Source of the DNA: an uncultured Erysipelotrichaceae bacterium
GTDB lineage: Bacteria; Bacillota_I; Bacilli_A; Erysipelotrichales; Erysipelotrichaceae
DNA length: 7,236 bases
Assembly (NCBI GenBank): GCA_964457525.1
Contig: CAYWGS010000074.1
Location: 1-7,236, forward strand
Direction: 5' to 3'
Shown here: positions 1 to 4,823 of the stretch, one piece after another
How the letters are laid out: each line of letters begins with the position of its first letter
How positions within the stretch are numbered: position 1 is the stretch's first letter
The notes under the pieces: model-generated
Database searches by the model: none
What the model was told of the DNA's origin: nothing
What the model saw: the letters and a program-made list of their open reading frames with translations, nothing else
Translations under genes and position numbers: made by a program

Positions 1-3
1 ATT

Positions 4-9
4 TATAAT
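4..9 (+). promoter_or_regulatory. Candidate -10 box (TATAAT) for the permease/thioredoxin-like operon; the -35 lies beyond the left window edge
   Basis: Exact TATAAT at 4-9. The predicted TSS (about 16-17) falls inside the palindrome at 11-32. The -35 cannot be assessed, and chance TATAAT-like matches are common in AT-rich DNA. Confidence 0.35.
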
Positions 10-10
10 C

Positions 11-32
11 TATATAGATAATTATCTATATA
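11..32. promoter_or_regulatory. Perfect 22-bp palindrome, candidate repressor operator
   Basis: TATATAGATAA|TTATCTATATA is its own reverse complement with no mismatches. It sits between the TATAAT (4-9) and the AAGGAG RBS (32-37), the classic position for a dimeric repressor to block initiation. Operons of this permease/thioredoxin-like type are commonly ArsR/SmtB-regulated, but no regulator gene is visible in the window. Confidence 0.55.
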
Positions 33-43
33 AGGAGTCTCTT

Positions 44-1042
44 GTGTTTCAATGCTTTAATGATATCTTTCTTAAGATGACCTGGTTAAATGACTTAATT
101 GGTAACTTGGTTCAGTGGACTGGCTTAGATCTTCAAAGTCAAATAGGTCTATCTGTTCAGTTCTTTTTATACGATGTGATTAAAATCTTTATTTTACTTT
201 CTGTATTAATTTTTGTTGTTTCATTTATCCAGAGCTACTTCCCACCAGAGCGAACACGAAAGATACTTGGAACATTCAATGGAATTAGTGCAAATATTCT
301 AGGGGCATTACTTGGAACCCTTACACCGTTCTGTTCTTGTTCATCGATTCCTTTATTTATTGGTTTTACATCCGCAGGATTACCAATCGGAGTAACATTT
401 TCATTTTTGATTTCTTCACCGCTTGTTGATTTGGCATCCATTATTCTACTTGCGAGTATTTTTAATTGGAAGATAGCGTTGGCTTATGTTGTAGTGGGAC
501 TTATTCTCGCGGTTGTAAGCGGAACAGTTATTTCTAAGCTTCATATGGAAGATCAAGTAGCGGAGTTTATATTTAATAAAACAATAAATTCAGAACTTGA
601 AATTGAAGTATTAAGTTATAAGGAACGAATTGATTTCTCTGTAATAGCTGTTAAAGATATCATTCAAAAAGTTTGGATTTATGTATTAGTTGGAGTTGGT
701 ATTGGGGCACTCATTCATAATGTCATTCCAGAATCTTTTATTACTGCTTTATTAGGCTCTGATAAATGGTATTCTGTGCCACTTGCGACACTTGTTGGTG
801 TACCTATGTATGCGGATATCTTTGGAACTTTACCAATTGCGGAAGCGCTTGTTTCAAAGGGTGTTGGGATAGGGACTGCCCTATCATTTATGATGGCAGT
901 AACAGCATTATCCTTACCGAGCATCGTAATGTTAAAGAAGGTCATCAAGGATAAATTACTTATTGTGTTTGTGACGATTGTGGTTATAGGGATTATGATT
1001 ATTGGTGTGTTGTTTAATCAATTTGGTTGGATACTACTTTAA
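44..1042 (+). CDS. Multi-pass membrane permease, ArsP_1/DUF318 (COG0701-like) family
   Basis: 332-aa ORF that is hydrophobic throughout. GTG start at 44 lies 6 nt after AAGGAG (32-37). The family-typical TPFCSCSSIPLF motif carries a vicinal Cys pair (C97/C99, nt 332-340). The second half (VPMYADIFGTLPIAEAL) looks like the inverted-repeat half typical of this family. Substrate unknown. Confidence 0.85.
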   Translation: MFQCFNDIFLKMTWLNDLIGNLVQWTGLDLQSQIGLSVQFFLYDVIKIFILLSVLIFVVSFIQSYFPPERTRKILGTFNGISANILGALLGTLTPFCSCSSIPLFIGFTSAGLPIGVTFSFLISSPLVDLASIILLASIFNWKIALAYVVVGLILAVVSGTVISKLHMEDQVAEFIFNKTINSELEIEVLSYKERIDFSVIAVKDIIQKVWIYVLVGVGIGALIHNVIPESFITALLGSDKWYSVPLATLVGVPMYADIFGTLPIAEALVSKGVGIGTALSFMMAVTALSLPSIVMLKKVIKDKLLIVFVTIVVIGIMIIGVLFNQFGWILL

Positions 1043-1056
1043 AAAAGGAGAAAAAT

Positions 1057-1290
1057 ATGATTATAAAGGTATTAGGGTCTGGATGTAACAATTGTGTCAA
1101 ATTAGAAGAGAATGCTAAATTAGCAGTAAAAGATTTAGGCATAGAAGCAGAGTTTATTAAGGTAAAGGATATGGAAGGAATCGCATCGTATGGAATTATG
1201 CGAACTCCAGGTCTTGTGGTAGATGAAAAAGTTGTTTCATATGGGAAAGTTTTGAGTGTTGAGCAAATTAAAGAATTGCTATCGAAATAG
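1057..1290 (+). CDS. Small thioredoxin-fold protein (redox-active disulfide protein 2 / Thioredoxin_3-like), CxxC = CNNC
   Basis: 77 aa from ATG 1057, 6 nt after AAGGAG at 1045-1050. The ORF-track start at 1027 overlaps the permease and has no RBS. MIIKVLGSGCNNC...TPGLVVDEKVVSYGKV matches the pattern of this small family. CxxC lies at nt 1084-1095. It is a common partner gene of DUF318 permeases. Confidence 0.85.
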   Translation: MIIKVLGSGCNNCVKLEENAKLAVKDLGIEAEFIKVKDMEGIASYGIMRTPGLVVDEKVVSYGKVLSVEQIKELLSK

Positions 1291-1312
1291 AAAGGTGTAA
1301 TGCCTTTTTTTT
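1289..1312 (+). terminator. Weak candidate rho-independent terminator
   Basis: AGAAAGG(T) at 1289-1296 pairs with (G)CCTTTTT at 1302-1309 around a GTAAT loop, and a run of 8 T lies at 1305-1312. There are only two G:C pairs, so read-through into the next genes is plausible. Confidence 0.35.
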
Positions 1313-1327
1313 AGTTCAATTTGATTA

Positions 1328-1336
1328 TGTTAAAAT
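1328..1336 (+). promoter_or_regulatory. Candidate extended -10 promoter (TGtTAAAAT) for the central operon
   Basis: TGTTAAAAT at 1328-1336 is a TGn plus 5/6 match to TATAAT. The -35 is poor (TTTTTA at 1308-1313). The predicted TSS near 1343 would leave the GGGGA RBS and ATG 1366 intact, which favours 1366 as the start. Confidence 0.3.
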
Positions 1337-1365
1337 GGTTTCATAAACAAATCGTGGGGAAATAT

Positions 1366-1629
1366 ATGGAAGCATTATTAGATTTTTTTGTGCATGTGTT
1401 AGCAGAGACAACAATCGGCATTGCTCAATCAAATAAGAGTTCTAAAGCTCTAAGATTATTTGTTGTTGTTTTAATGATTATCGTAATGACTATCTCATTT
1501 GTTCTTGCCTATTTTTATAGAGGGAATATCATTTCAATGTGGACACTCTTATTATTTGGAATGATTATTGCAATTTTCTTAGTTAGATTATGCGTAGAAG
1601 TTATAAAGATTAAACAAAGGAAAGAATAA
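1366..1629 (+). CDS. Hypothetical small membrane protein, 2 predicted TM helices
   Basis: 87 aa from ATG 1366, with the GTGGGGA RBS at 1354-1360. Alternative starts are TTG 1321 and ATG 1327. Two hydrophobic segments (LRLFVVVLMIIVMTISFVLAYFY and MWTLLLFGMIIAIFLVRLCVEVI) are followed by a basic tail (KIKQRKE). I recognise no family. Confidence 0.5.
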   Translation: MEALLDFFVHVLAETTIGIAQSNKSSKALRLFVVVLMIIVMTISFVLAYFYRGNIISMWTLLLFGMIIAIFLVRLCVEVIKIKQRKE

Positions 1630-1646
1630 ATGGTTTGTACTAATAT

Positions 1647-2630
1647 ATGCCATTAGAAATTATTCGAGATGATATCAGTCGATTATCGACAGATGCGATT
1701 GTACATACAACTAATACAAATTTAATAAGAGGTCGAGGTTCAAGTGAGTCTATTTTTAAATCGGCTGGGTTCAAGTTGGAAGAAGCTCTTCAAGAAATAG
1801 GACATTGTGAAGTGGGGGAAGCTGTCATAACCCCTGGATTTAATCTTGCATCAAAATATATCATTCATACGGTTGGACCTGTTTGGATTGATGGTTTACA
1901 TAATGAATCCAAAGTATTAGAAGCGTGTTATAAGGGTTGTTTAGCACTTGCGCTAAAACTTGAGCTTAAATCCATCGCGTTTCCACTCATATCAGCAGGT
2001 ACATATGGATATCCAAAAGATGAAGCACTTCGAATGGCGACATCTACGATCCAGTCATTTTTACTAAAACATGAAATGAAGGTTTATCTTGTCGTGTTTG
2101 ATAAACAAGTCTATCAATTAAGTACACAGTTGTTTGATTCTGTTAAACAATACGTTGATGACCATTATGTGGAAATAAGGGGATCGAGACAAAGGATCAA
2201 TAGTGAGGAAACCAATTTCCGTACTTATAAGAAGATAAGCTATGAATCAAGTACCTCGATTGATGATATTTTATTAGAACTTGACTCATCCTTCTCAGAG
2301 ACCTTATTAAAACTCATTGATCAAAAAGACTTAAGAGATGTGGATGTATATAAACGGGCAAATATCTCAAAAGCCCATTTCTCAAAGATTCGGTCTCATA
2401 AAGATTATCGTCCAACCAAGACAACAGTCCTTGCATTTTGTATCTCGCTTAAACTTAATTTATCTGAAACACGAGACTTACTCGAAAAAGCAGGATTTAG
2501 CTTATCCAATAGTTCTAAAGGTGATATTATTGTCCGATATTTTATTGAAAACAAGAGATATGATATTTATGAAGTGAATGAAGTACTCTTTGAATATGAC
2601 CAACAACTTCTAGGAAGTAATACAATTTAA
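1647..2630 (+). CDS. Macro domain (ADP-ribose binding/hydrolase fold) fused to a C-terminal helix-turn-helix module
   Basis: aa 1-165 align by eye along their length with MacroD/YmdB-type macro domains: DAIVHTTN, GEAVITPGFNL..YIIHTVGPVW, LEACY, SIAFPLISAGTYGYP. aa ~215-320 (SFSETLLKLIDQKDLRDVDVYKRANISKAHFSKIRS...TVLAFCISLKLNLSETRDLLEKAGF) have an XRE-like HTH pattern. An in-frame TAA at 1641-1643 fixes the start at 1647. There is no canonical SD upstream. Confidence 0.9.
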   Translation: MPLEIIRDDISRLSTDAIVHTTNTNLIRGRGSSESIFKSAGFKLEEALQEIGHCEVGEAVITPGFNLASKYIIHTVGPVWIDGLHNESKVLEACYKGCLALALKLELKSIAFPLISAGTYGYPKDEALRMATSTIQSFLLKHEMKVYLVVFDKQVYQLSTQLFDSVKQYVDDHYVEIRGSRQRINSEETNFRTYKKISYESSTSIDDILLELDSSFSETLLKLIDQKDLRDVDVYKRANISKAHFSKIRSHKDYRPTKTTVLAFCISLKLNLSETRDLLEKAGFSLSNSSKGDIIVRYFIENKRYDIYEVNEVLFEYDQQLLGSNTI

Positions 2631-2663
2631 AGTTGCCTCACAGTTGACCTTATGATATTTCAT

Positions 2664-2696
2664 TTCCTCTATTCTATGAGTAGAAAGAAGAGGGAA
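2664..2696 (+). promoter_or_regulatory. Imperfect hairpin pairing an anti-SD-like CCTCT with the vWA gene RBS
   Basis: Inner stem 2672-2676 (TTCTA) pairs with 2681-2685 (TAGAA) around a TGAG loop. Outer stem 2666-2670 (CCTCT) pairs with 2689-2693 (AGAGG), with two further A:T pairs beyond a 1-nt bulge. The 3' arm contains the SD (GAGGG, 2690-2694) of the ATG at 2701. No U-tract follows, so it is not a terminator. Confidence 0.35.
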
Positions 2697-2700
2697 TTAT

Positions 2701-3339
2701 ATGAGTAAAATAGAATGTGTTTTTATCTTAGATCGTAGTGGTTCAATGGCTGGTTTAGAGAGTGATACGATCAATGGATTTAATGGATTATTGAATAAGC
2801 AACGTCAAGAAGAAGGAGAGGCAATCCTTACGACTGTTTTATTTGATCATCAAGTAGAATTATTACATGATCGTATTCCAGTGAAGTCCGTACAGAATAT
2901 TACCGAGAAAGAATATTATGTTAGAGGATCCACATCCTTATTGGATGCGATTGGATCTGCGATTGATAAGATTGGGAATGTACAGAAAATGACCAATGAA
3001 GCCGATCGTGCAGATAAAGTACTGGTTGTAATCACAACCGATGGGTTAGAGAATTCAAGTCGAAAGTATAGTTATAAGCGAATCAAACAAATGATTGAAC
3101 ATCAAAAACGCAAATATAACTGGGAGTTCATCTTTATGGGTGCGAATATGGATGCGATTGAAATGGCGAGTCAATTTGGGATTGGTGCAGATCGTGCAGT
3201 AAACTTCCATTCAGATAAAAAGGGGACTCAATTAAACTATGAATCGATGAGTAAAGTGGTAAGTCATCTTCGATCCAATCAAAACTTAGATGAAGACTGG
3301 AAGAAAGAGATTGAAGAAGATTATAAGAATAGACAATAA
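2701..3339 (+). CDS. Cytoplasmic von Willebrand factor A (vWA) domain protein with a complete MIDAS motif
   Basis: 212 aa with RBS GAGGG 6 nt upstream. MIDAS residues are D11-x-S13-x-S15 (DRSGS, nt 2731-2745), T78 (RGSTSLLDAIG) and D114 (VVITTDGLEN). There is no signal peptide or TM segment. The acidic/basic C-terminal tail (DEDWKKEIEEDYKNRQ) lies outside the fold. Confidence 0.9.
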   Translation: MSKIECVFILDRSGSMAGLESDTINGFNGLLNKQRQEEGEAILTTVLFDHQVELLHDRIPVKSVQNITEKEYYVRGSTSLLDAIGSAIDKIGNVQKMTNEADRADKVLVVITTDGLENSSRKYSYKRIKQMIEHQKRKYNWEFIFMGANMDAIEMASQFGIGADRAVNFHSDKKGTQLNYESMSKVVSHLRSNQNLDEDWKKEIEEDYKNRQ

Positions 3340-3390
3340 TTAGTGTTTATCGAAAAGAAATTTGGTAGGATGTATTTGCGAGGTATCGAT

Positions 3391-3942
3391 ATGAACTTAA
3401 CAATACGTCCACTGGATCCACAACATCCAGAACAATTACCAAATTTTTTTGATTCATTAGATTACAGTCATGCGCCACATTGGAGTGGGTGTTACTGTAG
3501 ATATTATCATAATGAAGATGGTGTACATAAAGATTCAAATATCAATCGTAAAGAAGCAATTGAATCAATTAGTAAATGTGAGATGAAAGGCTTTCTAGCA
3601 TTTGATCAAGATAAAGCCGTGGGTTGGTTAAACTCACAAGATATAAAACAATATAAACGCTTAAAATCAATATTTAACGACTATCGAGTCGATGAATATG
3701 CGTTAACCATCTGCTTTGTGATTCATCCAGATGTACGTAACCAAGGGGTTGCGACTCAAATGTTAGCGTATGCGATTGAATATTACAAATCATTAGGCTA
3801 CAAAGGGATGCTTGCACTACCACCTAAAGAGGTTGTTGAGATGCAAAAGACTTATCGTGGGCCTTTGAGTATGTATTTGAAGTTGGGGTATAAAGTTGTA
3901 TATGAAAAAGATGATTATTGTCTTGTTAGACTAGAATTCTAG
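3391..3942 (+). CDS. GNAT family N-acetyltransferase
   Basis: 183 aa from ATG 3391, with RBS GAGGT at 3380-3384. The GTG at 3343 in the ORF track has no RBS. The acetyl-CoA pyrophosphate-binding motif R-N-Q-G-V-A lies at nt 3736-3753 in VIHPDVRNQGVATQMLAYAIEY. The N-terminal segment HWSGCYCRYYH is His/Cys-rich. Acceptor substrate unknown. Confidence 0.85.
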   Translation: MNLTIRPLDPQHPEQLPNFFDSLDYSHAPHWSGCYCRYYHNEDGVHKDSNINRKEAIESISKCEMKGFLAFDQDKAVGWLNSQDIKQYKRLKSIFNDYRVDEYALTICFVIHPDVRNQGVATQMLAYAIEYYKSLGYKGMLALPPKEVVEMQKTYRGPLSMYLKLGYKVVYEKDDYCLVRLEF

Positions 3943-3949
3943 GGTAATT

Positions 3950-4762
3950 ATGATTATTAGTAAAAAAGAGAAACGAATTGTGTTAGTTGTTTTTATAAGT
4001 CTGTTTATTATATTTACATTCTATGATCTAAACTTCTCAAACTGGATCGTAAATCGCGAGAGTTTATTTGGTCAGTTTTTCTATGTTTTTGGGGAGTTAC
4101 CAGGAACGTTTATTGGATTAGTATCTTTATCAATCTTATCGGTCAGTGGTATAAACTCCAAGAAACAAACAATCAACTTCTATGGATTTGGATTACTAAG
4201 CTTTGTGATGAGTTTTGTGATTATGTATCGTACACTTAATTATCTCGATATTAATCTATTTCCATTAATTGGTTTGGGTGTATTTCCACCTATCATTTTA
4301 ATATACACGCTTAATCAATTAAGTGATGAGAAAAAGATATATCTAAGGAAGTATGCAGTTGTAGGTGTATTAACACTTATTGTTGGTGTGCTTGTGCCTA
4401 ATCTCGTAAAGATTGGTTGGGCTAGACCAAGATATCGTATTCTGGATACTACAGTACTTTTTAAAGCTTGGTACAATCCATCTGGATTCACTTTGAATGA
4501 TGATTGGAAGTCGTTCCCATCTGGACATTCAGCTGCGGCCGCAATATCACTCGTATACTTATACTTACCTCAATTGTTTGAACGATTAAGAGGTAAAGAG
4601 AAATGGATTAAACTGTTTGTTTGGGTATGGATTATTTTGGTGATGTTATCAAGAGTTGTGAGAGGTGATCATTACGTAACTGATACACTTGTAGGAGCAG
4701 GTTTTACATACTACGTTTTTGTTTATTTACATCAGAGGTTTATTGAGAAATCCAAAAAGTAA
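3950..4762 (+). CDS. PAP2 superfamily integral-membrane phosphatase
   Basis: 270 aa with about 6 hydrophobic helices. PAP2 signature motifs are C1-like KIGWARP (shorter spacing than canonical Kx6RP), C2 PSGH and C3 SRVVRGDHYVTD (SRx5Hx3D), all within nt 4409-4684. The start lies 7 nt after the GNAT stop, and its RBS (AGGGT) overlaps that stop. Confidence 0.85.
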   Translation: MIISKKEKRIVLVVFISLFIIFTFYDLNFSNWIVNRESLFGQFFYVFGELPGTFIGLVSLSILSVSGINSKKQTINFYGFGLLSFVMSFVIMYRTLNYLDINLFPLIGLGVFPPIILIYTLNQLSDEKKIYLRKYAVVGVLTLIVGVLVPNLVKIGWARPRYRILDTTVLFKAWYNPSGFTLNDDWKSFPSGHSAAAAISLVYLYLPQLFERLRGKEKWIKLFVWVWIILVMLSRVVRGDHYVTDTLVGAGFTYYVFVYLHQRFIEKSKK

Positions 4763-4772
4763 AGTAAATGTT

Positions 4773-4809
4773 AAATTCAATCTAAAAGACCTTTAGTATG
4801 AATTTTTTT
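4773..4809 (+). terminator. Candidate AT-rich rho-independent terminator closing the central operon
   Basis: AAATTCA (4773-4779) pairs with TGAATTT (4799-4805), and CTAAA (4782-4786) pairs with TTTAG (4792-4796) around an AGACC loop, with a 2x2 internal loop between the stems. A run of 7 T lies at 4803-4809. There are only 2 G:C pairs, so strength is uncertain. Confidence 0.45.
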
Positions 4810-4817
4810 GATAGAAT
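4809..4817 (+). promoter_or_regulatory. Candidate extended -10 promoter (TGaTAGAAT) immediately upstream of the 4824 ATG
   Basis: TGATAGAAT is a TGn plus 5/6 match to TATAAT. The hexamer ends 7 nt before A4824, so the predicted TSS coincides with the start codon. No good -35 is present. Confidence 0.3.
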
Positions 4818-4823
4818 AGGAAT

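Noticed and set aside
235-441. 68-aa antisense ORF inside the permease gene. The same applies to the other minus-strand ORFs at 715-948, 3347-3538, 5954-6184 and 6123-6365.
   Set aside because: All are embedded opposite well-supported + strand genes or short intergenic DNA. They lack RBS-like sequences, have low-complexity or odd composition and match no motif I recognise. They are typical shadow ORFs of AT-rich DNA.
766-954. 62-aa Cys-rich + strand ORF overlapping the permease in another frame
   Set aside because: It lies out of frame and entirely within a strongly supported membrane-protein gene. The cysteine richness is a frame-shift artefact of TGT/TGC-containing codon neighbours. It has no RBS.
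1027-1056. Longer N-terminal extensions offered by the ORF track: 1027 for the thioredoxin-like gene, 3343 (GTG) for the GNAT and 1321 (TTG) for the small membrane ORF
   Set aside because: Each downstream ATG (1057, 3391, 1366) has a properly spaced SD-like sequence and yields a family-typical N-terminus. The longer starts lack an SD, and the 1027 start overlaps the preceding gene.
1381-1390. Homopolymeric T7 tracts (1383-1389, 3444-3450, 4803-4809) as possible slipped-strand phase-variation switches
   Set aside because: Seven-nucleotide T runs are expected by chance at this A+T content. They encode Phe-Phe in frame or form part of a terminator, and they are too short to suggest contingency loci.
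2338-2577. 79-aa + strand ORF overlapping the HTH region of the macro gene
   Set aside because: It sits in an alternative frame inside a CDS whose own frame shows a clear HTH pattern. It has no RBS and no recognisable motif.
1647-2630. Interpretation of the macro protein as a DarG-type antitoxin of a DarTG toxin-antitoxin pair
   Set aside because: No DarT-like (or any ART-fold) gene is adjacent. The C-terminal half looks like an HTH rather than a DarT-binding domain. The neighbouring genes are a small TM protein and a vWA protein.
2631-2672. Direct repeat AGTTGCCT/AGTTGACCT and TTGACC (2644-2649) as an internal promoter for the vWA gene
   Set aside because: No acceptable -10 lies at 16-18 bp spacing (CTCTAT at 17 bp, TATTCT at 20 bp). 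The repeat is short and imperfect. This cannot be distinguished from chance.
4533-4546. GCGGCCGC (NotI-type 8-bp GC palindrome) in an otherwise AT-rich window
   Set aside because: It is explained by the in-frame Ala run (SAAAA) immediately after the PSGH motif of the PAP2 gene. No flanking repeat or regulatory context is present.
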